A DNA stretch of 59,149 bases, counting the filler, from Porpidia crustulata (taxonomy: Eukaryota), in assembly GCA_964255105.1 (NCBI GenBank). It is 9 parts of 9 records of this genome, joined end to end, with 100 filler letters (N's around TTAATTAATTAA, not from the genome) between each part and the next. Parts side by side here need not be neighbours in the genome. Positions count along the whole stretch, not along the records: positions 39,531 to 46,006 come from CAXUWE010001533.1; positions 46,107 to 52,578 come from CAXUWE010001534.1; 7 more parts are not named here. The stretch is one strand, 5' to 3'. The position numbers were made by a program, and so were the translations under genes. The notes under the pieces are model-generated. The model did no database searches and had not been told where the DNA came from. It saw only the letters and a list, made by a program, of their open reading frames with translations. This document shows positions 39,531-52,678 of this stretch, piece after piece; the stretch's first letter is position 1, and each line of letters begins with the position of its first letter.

Positions 39531-40437
39531 AGCTGGACGAGGGCGAGCTTCAACGGCTGCCTCAGGAGACTCGCCATTGTAAATTCGTGACTATTTCGGT
39601 GAGCTATTCAGATTTTGGGGTTCATCAACGAGCGGGGTGAAGGCGGGGCGGAATCATACCCGGCTCCGCTACGTCATTCCGCTCCTTGTCTTCTCGGCAA
39701 CGACGGATAATCTGCAGCTCGGGGAAGACCTATCTTTGACATCCAAATTTCTTCGACAAACTATGGATAGCAGAAGGCTCAAAGTGCTATACATCCTTGT
39801 GTCGTCGCATAGCATAGGTTACATCTTGAGCCCAAAGCCAGTTCTCATTCCTCACTATTCTGCGATCTAGATACGTTCTAACAAAGTGGGCGCTCATGCT
39901 TTGTCGATGCCCATGCCTTCCATGTGTATGCTGTTTGGTAAAATATAGTTAGCCAGATGACCTTCGCCCCTTCCCTAAAGTCATTTTTATCTCGTCATCG
40001 TTATGATGCTACCAGTGTCTACTATGTCTTCTCTTCACCTCTTCCACTCCGTGACTTTCCTTTACGGTCCCCGTCCTTACAAGTATCCTTTCCCTTATTA
40101 TTACAATCAACCTCATGCCATCGATTCCTTGACCATCTGCTCTTCTGCTAATGAACCAGAGTGCTCGCTGGTACGACGCATCTCTGGTGTCCGAGCAGAA
40201 GTTTCACTCTCTTCCTTCAACGATTGATGACGATATTCCAAGCTGTATCCGTTCTCTACACGTCTCCCGTAACGCGCACTTTCCTCCAAAGACACCGTGT
40301 CCGTCAATTGACCTAGATTTTACTCACGACTCAGAGAAAAGCCTTCGCGTGACATATAAACCCAGAATCAAACCTTACAATTCTTGGGTCGCAATGTCAC
40401 CGTCAAGCTGGCTCAATTAGAATCACGGAGACCTACC

Positions 40438-43400
40438 ATGGTCGTTAGAAGCTTTGATGGACCTACCGGCCACCTTGAGCAATCCAATATCGGCGGCCCT
40501 CGGAGATATCCAAGCCACCCGGGGACAGATAGCGATGATAGCTCTGGGTCCGCTCATAGGAAACTACCAGTCACGTCGGGCTTGGGCCTACCCGCAGTTG
40601 GGGGAGCAGTTGGTCAAGATTATCGCAGCCCTTTGATGCCTGCCATGGCATCAAAATTCATTCCTCCGGGCCGAGCGAGTGCCTCGCCATCCAAGCAACA
40701 ACCGACCTCGCATGCGCCCAGATACAATCTAAAAACGATTCCTCCAAAGCGGCCTAATCCGGTAAGCAAGCATCTGAGACCTGGTGCACAGCACGTCCCA
40801 GGGAGCTATCGGTCAGAGGTCATACCATCGTCACCTGGGAGTATCGGCCAATCTACATCATCACCCAGCATTCGACCGGCCTCCGAAGACAGGAATTCTA
40901 CGGTGGACTCTTCCTACTTTGGGCCCAATAATGAACTGTCTTCGAGCGCGGCAGAAACCTCGAAGCAGGCCATAACTTACGATGCTTCTCCTGCTGCATC
41001 TTCAATGCGGCAAATATCTATCAGCCAGGTACCCAAGATCCTTCCTGCCGAACCTATCCTGACATTTGGTGTGGAGCACGGGCACTCACACAATGGTAGC
41101 CCAGCGTCATCCTCTACTCTCAAGAGTGACCACAGAGATGGAGAATTCAAAGGACAAGTGCTGGGAGACTCTCCATCCTTATCAACCTGCGATAAGACTC
41201 GAGATGGCGCGGTGCTTCATGCTGAGGAAGTTGATGTACTGTTCAAAGTTGGGCCTCAAATCTCCGAGATGCTCTTTCAATCTCCACCACTGGCACAAGA
41301 ACATGCCGACGATCTTGGCAGCGAGCAGTTGAGTGGACACCCTTCAGTACAATCTATGTCTTCCTTGGAAAAGCCTTACTCGAAGCATGGCGAGCCAATA
41401 CCTATATCCAACACAGACGTCAGCATAATGGCCAAAGATCCCAGTCAGCTTCCCGAGTCTACTGAGAGAGGCGAAATCTTGGAAGGCAAGTACCCAGAAG
41501 TGAATGCCGGTACTGTAAAGATCAATGAACGCCGGAGTACAGACTTGTTATCCAACGTCAGTCACAAGCTTTCGTTTATGGGTAGATCCTTATCGAGTCT
41601 ATCTGGAATCAGCTTCCGATCTGACGCAAGATCGCGTTCTTTGCAGTCTTCAAATCAGCAGGAAAAGATCGACCCGGCCAACGAAGAGCCGAGAAAGCAT
41701 TGGATGAGCCAAATTCTCGGGAAAGGCCCGGGATCTACTGTTACCCGTGGCTCATCGAATCTGACTGCCAGACCTAGTCACTCTCAAAGGCAGGTAGTAG
41801 AAGCTGCGGCTAGGCCATCAGCGGTACCGAAACATACAAGCCAATTCCCTCCAGGAAGTACTGATGAAACGTCTGTCACACTTCAACAGCAAAAGAATGC
41901 CGAGTCCTTTGCCAGAGTCATTGTAGATCTAGAGCTCCTCCTGAAAGAGGCTTTAATCATTGCTCACGAAGCTGCTGGTGAGAATCATAGTGACAGCGGT
42001 CATGCATTTAGTGAATTGTCAGAGAAAATATCTGGGTGTGGGGCAGAAAGTAGTGATGGATCGTCGATAAACTCCCCCGGCCACGATGAGGAGGACAACT
42101 ATACTAGAGTTCCCCCAAGACTACCTTTACGAGTCTCATCGTTCCGCAACGCGACTCCTGGCGATGGGATAAAAGAGGAGAAGAATGGCTTCTCCGAAAA
42201 TTCACCCCCTCGACTAGAGGCAATTTCTGAGACGCAACCGCACCACATGCAAGGTGCGTCTGAGCCAAACGTGAATATTCCGGTATCCCCGGAGCCCTTG
42301 CCCGCTTCTTCGAATGTGCCTTCGTCGTATGACTGGGCTTATCACCCGGTCAAGCGTGGCACAGGGAAAAGCGGAACCTCATTTTTCCCCCAACGGCCAG
42401 TAGCTTCGCAAACTCCGACACAAGAGCAGCAATATCACTCAATCCGTGCCCGCAGACAGTCTGTTGCCTCTGATGGCACTGTTCACCATCATGTTGTTGC
42501 TCGCCAAGCGCCTCAGATTCAGCCTCGTATCAGCTCTGTTGGGCTACGCTCGCAAGCGAAACAGAAAGCAGAGAGCCTACCATGGGAAATCGAAGATTTT
42601 GGATCGTCCGATGAAGACTCAAAGGATGATATTTACGTGGCAGCTCTTCATGGCCACAAACCTCGACAAAATATAGCTCCTCAGACTAGAGTAAGGTCCC
42701 AGCCTCAGGGGCAATCTAGTAGTGCTCCTGGTCAAGTGCCGTCTCGCCGTGATACAATAATGTCATTACCTGACATGAAAGATCAGGCAGACGAAGCTCG
42801 CTATCAGAAACAAAAATCAGGCGGAGATAATGTTAGCTTGACGAACCGCCACCATTTCAGCATTCGCGAACCACGTGGGCTCAGTCTAAGTCGCTCTCAT
42901 CGGCGGGCGCCTATCGCTCGCGACTGGAGTACGTCAAGAAAAAGATACGTTGCTACTGTCGCCTGTATTAGCACCGCATTGATGGGCTTGATCATTGGCA
43001 TATATGCCGGCGAAGTACCGGCCATCCAGTATGCAATCGTCGATGAACACCACTATACCATCCTCGGCAACGTCGTCTTCTTTATTGGTTTGGCGATCAC
43101 CACCTCTCTATTCTGGCCTCTACCTTTGCTACATGGTCGGAAGCCGTATACTCTTGCAGCTCTAGCTATCCTCCTTCCTCTGCAATTCCCTCAAGCTTTG
43201 GCGGTCGGTACACAACGTTCATCCACTCTGGCAAGCTACCGTGTTGGCCTTTTGCTTCCAAGAGCAATTTCTGGCCTCATCATGGGCTTTGCCAATATCA
43301 ACTTCAAGTCGACCTTGCTCGATCTTTTCGGTGCATCTCTTCAGAGTGTTCACCCGCACCAGGAACTTGTCAATGCCAACGATGTCCGGCGCCATGGTGG

Positions 43401-44684
43401 AGGAATGGGAATTTGGCTTGGAATATGGACTTGGTGCTACATCGGCTCCCTTGGCGTAGGGTTTCTGATAGGGGCTATCATCATTAGTGGCCTCAATGTC
43501 TCCTGGGGTTTCTGGATTACGATAATTCTGACTGCTGCTGTACTCCTTCTCAATGTACTGGTACCAGAAGTTCGTAGGTCTTCCTACCGTCGATCAATGG
43601 CAGAGGTCCGAACTGGAGCCGATGTTTCGCGAAGAGTGGCGCGGGGAGAAGTCAAGATGCATCTCCAGTCCACAGGACCTATTTGGTGGTGGGAAGAAGT
43701 CTGGGCCGGTCATGTTCTCTGCATACGCATGCTTAAGCAACCAGGTTTTATGGTACTTTCACTTTACTTGGGCTGGATCTACGGGCAGATAGTCATTGTA
43801 ATAGTGGTATGTCTTACACCAGGCTTAAGGGAACGTTAGCTAACCCTTGATAGTTACTAGGGGCTTTGCTCTCAAAGTACTACGGTTTTCGCCCCCAGTA
43901 TGTAGGTCTCGGCGTTGCAGCAATACCTCTTGGCTGTCTGCTGGCAATTCCATTCCAGAAGGCTTCCCTTCTCAGCCGTTCAAGGAAGAATGCTCCACGC
44001 ACAGATAGTATGACATTTGAGAAAAGAGTGTCTTGGACTTCTCACCTTGTCCGACGAGCAATCTTTATGATTGTCCTTCCCTTTGCAGGCTTGGCTTACA
44101 CATTAGCCTCTGGTGGCCCTCAGATCAACTACATGGTGCCGATCGTATTCGCTGGCGTCATCGGTTTCCTTTCGAATCTCGCCATTGCTGAATGCCTCGG
44201 GATCATCATGGAAACTTATGATACTTCGGACCTCCAACCCGGCATGACTGGCCGTCCCCGAAATGTTCTACCGGAAGAGGTCAGAAAGAAGCGGACAAAC
44301 TTCTCGTGCTTTCCCCGCGTAACCGCAGCTTTTGCAATCTCCCAGACGTTTGCGTTTCTGATCGCAGCTGCAGCCACGGGAACCGGCGGTGCCGTTGAGC
44401 GGCGACTCGGCGACCAGACCGCTACTGCTGTGGTCGCTGGCATCTTGTTGCTGCTCACGTTGCTGCTGATCACGGTGCTTACTCGCTTCAGGGTGGTGCA
44501 GATCATCCCGACCCAGCGGTACGGCACCGCTGTGCTATCGGGCCCCGAGGACGAGTGGAAGCCGGTCATTATTGGAAACCCGAGTGGGACAACGCGGAGG
44601 GTTAGTATCTTGGAGCTGGGCAAGCTGAGCCGATGGAGCGAGATCCGGCGGAGGAATAAGTTGTTGAATCAAGGGGGGAAGTAG
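40438..44684 (+). CDS. MFS transporter (DHA1/polyamine-transporter-like) with a very long disordered N-terminus
   Basis: About 830 aa S/P-rich region, then PIARDWSTSRKR, PLLHGRKPY, TLLDLFG and multiple TM segments. One intron at about 43807-43853. Confidence 0.85.
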
Positions 44685-46006
44685 GATGTCGGAAGTGGGA
44701 AGGAAGAGGATGTGGGGATGGGATTGGTTTGGCTGTACCTAAGTAGATGGTTCATTGTAGCTGGTCTAGAATGAATGGGCAGATTTTTGGTCGTTGTTTT
44801 GATGGTTGTCGTGTGTGAATCAAGAAACATCATCCATATTCAATCGCCGTTGACACGAGCACAAGTAGTAGCAGTGAAGGATGACTATGGAAATGATCAC
44901 CCTTGTCTTTCCTACGATCTCGCGCAACATTTAACAATCTACAATCTATAATAGTAGCAGATGGGTGCATCGGCGTCGAATGAGATCCCTTTTGCGTACG
45001 ATGAGAGATACTTTGCGGGACGTACTGGACGCTCTTGTGTATCAACGAAGATGAATGAGAGTCGGGTATTAGATCCAGCGTTTGCGGCCGCATGTGGCAC
45101 GATGGAGATCGGTGCGAGCATGATGGAGAGAGTCTGGATGGTTGGATGGGTGCGGTGAGGTCACGATTTGCAAGTAGTGGGTGGAGGAGGAGGTGGTGGC
45201 TTGGGCGGGGTTTTGGAAGGTTAGATTTAAGGGGTTTTGTTTGTTTTTTGTTTGTGAGTGATGGGATAGGACAAGGTATCACAACGCTGCACTATGAGTA
45301 AGGGGGGAAAGATGTTGGGAAAATGAATAAGGAAAAGTGTCGGTTAGAGAGCTAGTGCGCGGAGTTCTTATGTCTCTGGGGGGTTGATTTTTACTGTTGA
45401 ATGGGATGGTTTGCTCCTTGTGCTGGGGTTTATGTTGTCTCGTTGATTGTTGGAGGCACTGGTAAAAAATGGCGCTGTTGCGAAGGGGCGAGATATCGAT
45501 TGCTTTGTTGCCCTTTCCATCCCCAACACCAAAACTTCCGAATCCAGAAAAAGCCGCGCTTGTTTGTAAGAGACGGGAAAGGCTTGGGTAGCAGGGTAAG
45601 GGCAAGGGCAAGGGTTGAGCTCCCGCAAAAGAGAAGAGTTGAGTATTGAGCGGAATGAATTTGGAAAGTTGATGATGAATGATAATGGCTGGTTTGTGGT
45701 GAATAATGATGGAAGATTTCGATTTGACTACTACATGACCGACCTACCAATCATGCATCACTCACCAACCACCTACACGTCACTTCCCCTCGCGATCAAC
45801 AACACATATTTGTCTCACTCCCCATCGTTCTCCACATGCGTCTAGACCCCGATTGCGATTCCTGAACCGCCGGGGCCTATCGGATCCCATCGGATCAGAT
45901 TGCCCATTTTTTCCAGCTCCCAGGCGGCTGGGTGGTGGTGGTGGTTCGATCGTGCAGTCGTGCCGTCGTGCAGTTGTGCCTAATGCAGGTCGGGGGCGGG
46001 CATGGG

Positions 46007-46106
46007 NNNNNNNNNNNNNNNNNNNNNNNNNNNNNNNNNNNNNNNNNNNNTTAATTAATTAANNNNNNNNNNNNNNNNNNNNNNNNNNNNNNNNNNNNNN
46101 NNNNNN
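46007..46106. other. Artificial contig spacer
   Basis: 44 N + TTAATTAATTAA + 44 N. Confidence 0.99.
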
Positions 46107-47447
<1,341 letters not shown>

Positions 47448-47549
47448 GTTGTGAGATTGTTTCTGCTTGAGTATATTCAGACTCAAGCGGGTAGTGGCTA
47501 CATATTTATTGGTAAGATAACTTCGTGTCGGAGTGAAGTTACCAAGATG

Positions 47550-47555
47550 CCTCGG
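47550..47555. promoter_or_regulatory. Putative FarA/FarB (Ctf1) fatty-acid response element CCTCGG
   Basis: Exact CCTCGG about 100 bp upstream of the thiolase ATG. Confidence 0.5.
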
Positions 47556-47855
47556 CTGACATTGGAGGTCAGACTCAAGGTCACGTGATGATGATCCACA
47601 TTCCTTTCACATGCTAATCTCGGCGTCTCAGGGCTTCAAGGCTTGTGGGTGGACATAGAATTAGACATTAGACACTCCACCAGATTTTGGATACGGTCTA
47701 AAAGTACGGTCATTTATTCCTTAGACTAAACTTCCTCCGTGAAAGAACGTCAGAAGTTGAAGGAAATCCATGTAGATGAGCTGAAAGATACTAATGAACA
47801 GTCGCAAGCCGCCGCTGTTGATAAAGGGCCTTATTAAAACGAGATACTGGTCACA

Positions 47856-49458
47856 TCAGTCACGCCAATGATTCGTATCCGGCATGGTGTCTTCATTCAT
47901 CGACCATGCCGCTGTAACGTCATCAGGCGTTGTCCTTTCCATAGCTTGCCTTTCGTCGGTTTTGATATCATCCGGTACAAGATTGATATCGAAATCTTCT
48001 TCGTCCATAGCCTCTCTCATATTGATGCAGCGATGTTTTCGTAGAAATGCTTCGTCGAATTGCTGATTGCGATGCTGAGAGACGTGCTTCATCAAAGCCT
48101 TGATTCCGCGAAAGACAGGCGAATCATGGCCCTGCAAGACACAGAAAACACAACAATAATCGTGTATGCCATCCTTTACCTTTGATAGCGCAACATGCGA
48201 TTTTGCGAGGAAGGTCCAACGGTACCGAACACCATAAGAGCTATGGATAGTGTCATCGAAACCCCATTCTTTACCTCCCTTGCACGCCCGATGTTGAAAC
48301 GCACATTTCGAGCTTCCACATACCCAATAATATGCCTCCCCCCCAAAAGATTCAGACTGGTTCTTCAACTTTAGACCGTCTTTTCGACCAACTTGCAGTT
48401 TGAAGGCTCCTTTACAGAATCCATGAAAATCGTCCTTAGACTCAACTTTAGATGTGTTTGATGATTGCCTTTGGAATATGATAGGTCTTTCTGTTTCCGG
48501 ACTTTGTCGTATTTGAGGACTCTTTTTTCTCGTCTTGTTTGGTGATCTCGAAATTTCTGATACCCATGGATTATCCTCATCCAATGGCTCCTGAGACAAT
48601 ATCGTCATTGCCAAGAAGCGATTACTATTTGACCCGCTGTTGTGCGCCGGTATACTGTCATCCACAATGCCATCTGGGGAACCAATTTTGCCTCCAGGAA
48701 TGTCCCCTGATATAAAGGTGGGTTTCCTAGAAAATATTACACTCAGTCTACGTTTCGTGGAACTAGTAAATGTGTTATGGCTTTCTATGAGCCTGTAGCT
48801 TGGAGGTGGCTGCGTTGGAGATGTGGGAGGAATGGTCTCTTCGAGCCCATTGGAGGGAACACTGATCTCAGCTGGATTTCCAGTTCTTGGTACGAGATGA
48901 GGAGGCAGTAGCGTGCTATCATCTCGATCTTGGCCATTAACACGAAGAGAAGATGCAGGAGCGGGAGGTAGAGCTTGTGTCGCACCACGTGGTATGGTAG
49001 CCGACTCCGCCGTGCGCAGGTAGAGGTGGTGTAGCACGCTGACGGCCTTGATTCTCCCTATATCCGAGGCGTCTACTAAGACCGAAAAATCCGTCATGCC
49101 ATCGTCCTCGGATGCCTGCCGTAAATGCATCAAAAGCGATCCTTGAAGTTCGATTATGATGTCCTTCAGGGCACTTATAGCAATAACTATGAAATAAATC
49201 TTAGTCAATATAGCCAGAGTATCATTAAGGTCACGAACGATCTCCAACAGCGAACTCGGTTCCAAACCGCTTGACTCCAGCATCCTTTGCCTCTTCTACT
49301 TCTCGCGACCCTTGTTGGAGGGATTCTTCAAGGAGTGTCGTTGGAGGGAGCGCTTTTCGTGCGCGGCGTTTGTCCTTGATTCGTTGAACAATTACATGGC
49401 CGTCCCTGTATGCACTTATAACTGCAGCTACACAACCAAGAATTGCGACGACTTCCAT
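47856..49458 (-). CDS. Uncharacterised fungal protein: helical N-terminus, S/P-rich linker, Cys/His-rich C-terminal domain
   Basis: Exon 1 MEVVAILGCVAAVISAYRDG... splices (intron about 49188-49238) to IAISALKDIII. C-terminus FCKGA...CGSSKC...YRWTFLAKSH...CCVFC...HVSQH. Confidence 0.75.
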
Positions 49459-50614
49459 CGCTGGGAAAATTCATGCGCGTAAACATTTAGCAAGTTGATA
49501 ATGATTCCCGCCAAGCCAAGGAAACGTTTGTAGACGGTAAAGAAGTGTTTCTCCAAGAATAGATGACAGGATCCCTCAGGAAGAGGCTATCCAATGCGGG
49601 ATACATGGCAAGGCTGAACGGATACTCGATTGGAGGGTGGTGATAGGTTGAGACTCGGCACGTAACCGGCCGGGGGTTAGAATCAATGCGCAAGGCTGCA
49701 GTGCTTGCATTCGTCTCACATTGAATCGCATGATATCGGGTATCGACATCGCTCAACCGTCCCATGTAAGAATGACAGCAATATCAATGTGAGCATGATG
49801 GAGTCAGTGAAAGTTTCTTAGGGCAACATCCAACATTTCGCGTACCTTAGAATACGCTTGGTGGACTGTGGACAGGGACCATGTAGTGTATCTAGTCGTG
49901 CTAGTCACGCTAGTCCAAGATTTCATCGCTCCTATGAACTTTTTCTTCGAGAGATCAATTACCACTTACTGGGCCTTCCTGACCTCCTCCCTAATCGTAT
50001 CTACCTTACCTCTAATCCATTTATATTTCCTATGCTCTCCTTCAAGCTCTCTTCGATCTTTCCTCCTCATCTAGATCAACAAACACGTGCGTCGTCCGCC
50101 TAATCTCCTGTAATCCTCGACCGCTCAATCTAAGCGCCTGCGTACTCGGAGCATCGGGAGATCCCCCTGTTGTAACGCAGAAGATTTGGCGTTGTCTTAC
50201 TTCTGGCGGACGGATTTTGGACTATTATAGACATCTCGACTGCCAACAATGTCTGCCAAGACGAGTGGGGAGTCTCGTAAGATCTGGGAAACGTTTCTGT
50301 CGAGTGTCTGTCTTTTGGGAAGGTTTGTTATGTACGATTTACTTGCACCGGGATCGAGATAGTGATAGAGTATCCATAAAGTTCTAGCGGCTGCGAACAG
50401 AAATTGAAATATAAACGGCAAAGCCAGAACGATGGATTGGGCGTGGCCGATATGAAGTTCAAGGACGAATCAACATCAGCAATCACATGGGGAAGAGATG
50501 ATGCTCAATAACAAATGTGGTATCGATTCATGGTTATCGTGATTTCATATACACCCGCAAACAAATGCATCTCAGTCTTGCTCGTCTTCCAATCCTACAT
50601 CGGAGCCATTCCTC

Positions 50615-52426
50615 TCATGCCTTGTAAAGGGTGTCAAGGAATCCGCTTGCTAGTTGTACCACGACGCTCTTGTTTGGCAGACTCCCTGCGACACCATATA
50701 ATGCAGCGGAGTCTCCTTTAGCGCCACCCTTGGCACCCTTTCCCTCTACTATCCTCACTCTTTCCTTCTCCTTCTCTTCCTCTACCACTGCCACTAGGTC
50801 TGCTATCAATCGATCCACTGCTGTAACAATCGGTAAAGTCACAGCTACATGGATCGCCGGTGGGCTCTGCAGCGAGTTCAAATGCCACCCCTTCGCTGAC
50901 ATAGCATCCGCCAGATCATAAACATTCAAGGTTTTCGATGTGAAGGATACGACGCTGACCAAGGGCTTTCCAATCATGGTCAAGTCGCCATTTAGCGATG
51001 GATTCTCTAGGACAGCTGATTCAATCTTTTTTGCAGCGCCGACTATCGAATGGCAGGACGAGACATAACCGCTTTCGCCCTGTGACATCATACTGGCCCA
51101 GCAGGTCGCAATCAGCGCACCAGGCCGTGATCCAGCAATGCTAGGAGAGGCGTAGACTCCACCCGACCAATCAGGAGAGACGAAGTATTGGTATGTTCGT
51201 AGCGCCTGAGTTCGGTACAGAAGCGTGGAATTACCTTTTGGGGCAAAGCCATATTTATGGGTGTCGCAGCTGATGCTTGTGACACCCTTGAGGGTGAAAT
51301 CAAAAGACTGAGACGGGAAACCCGCACGACCGAGAAATGGGACAAGAAATGAACCGAGGCAGCAGTCGACATGAAGAGGTAGACGACCCTTCTTTCGGAG
51401 GGCCAAGCGCGAGAGTGCTGAGATATCATCAATAATTCCATGGGGAAAGTTGGGAGCAGAACCAACAAGTAGGATCGTATTGCTGTTGACTAGTCGAGAG
51501 ACACTTGAGATATCGACGGTGTATGACGGCGCAGGGCACGCCACCAGGTGAACTTTAATGTTGAAGTAGAACCCAGCTTTGCGAAAAGCAGCGTGAGCGG
51601 TCTCTGGAACAATCCTGTAGAAAATAATTAGCAGAGGCGCTCCCAGTCGGCGATTCAGATGTACATTTCTGGTTCGGTGACTCGTCTTTCAACGTATGCT
51701 TTCTGTCTTGCGCTGAGGCAAGCCATCAAGATGGACTCTGTACCTCCGCTGGTAGTCACACCAGCTCCTCCCAGTGGTGCGTTAAACATCGAAAGCACCA
51801 TGGCGACAATTTCAGCTTCCATTTTCCTCACACCGGGGAAGACGTCGGGGTGAATGGGATTCGCTACGCTGAATTTCTCAAAAGCGTCGGCTTGCAGCTT
51901 GATCAAATCGTGTCCACCGTGATACACCGCTCCACTGACCAAGCCATCCTCCCAGCGAGTATGCTCCATATCTCCAAGCTTCTCAAGCTCTGCTCTCACT
52001 TGTGGCTCCGTCCATCCTTCCTTCGGCAGTATCAAATATCGACTGATACCGGGTCCTTGGGGAACAAGCTTCCCCTCAAGCTTGCCGATAGCCTCTGAAA
52101 CTTGCTTCTGTACACTTGATCGTACGCCAGGGGCACTCAGAAATAGACCATACAAGGTTCGTCGGATGGAGATGTAGACATCTATTGCGGTCCCAAAGAT
52201 GCCGCGCCCTTTGAGTTTTAGGGCAGCCTTCCGTGCCCATTTTAGCAGGAAGAAGATGAAAATGACATTTCGCAGCCTATGTCAGAGTCAGTACCAAGAA
52301 CATAAAGAGGCGTACCCTGAAAAGCGCTTACGAGTCCACGCTCAATGCTAACAAAGTGGTCTTCGAAGTGAGTCTCGGAGTCGCAAAGCCATTCCGAAGA
52401 CTTACTGGCATGCGGGAGCTCCCCAT
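50615..52426 (-). CDS. DPL1: Sphingosine-1-phosphate (sphinganine-1-phosphate) lyase
   Basis: VSGAVYHGG, NPIHPDVFPGVRKMEAE, TSGGTESILMA, HVDCCLG, ISCDTHKYGFAPKG (PLP Lys). Three exons. Confidence 0.95.
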
Positions 52427-52578
52427 GATTTCTACTGCCTCAAAGTTAGGACCATGACTCGCCTAAGAAGCTCATTTTGACTCCGACTTGATGTTAGTGG
52501 AGGCAGCATTGATGCCGAGGTATAAATATCGCTGTGTGCAAATTGGTATGGCCGATTTTTGAATTTAGCGAAAACGAA

Positions 52579-52678
52579 NNNNNNNNNNNNNNNNNNNNNN
52601 NNNNNNNNNNNNNNNNNNNNNNTTAATTAATTAANNNNNNNNNNNNNNNNNNNNNNNNNNNNNNNNNNNNNNNNNNNN
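52579..52678. other. Artificial contig spacer
   Basis: 44 N + TTAATTAATTAA + 44 N. Confidence 0.99.

Noticed and set aside
44830..46006. ORFs and (GGGCAA)n or G/T-rich tracts at the end of contig 7
   Set aside because: Low-complexity UTR or intergenic sequence with no protein-like signal.
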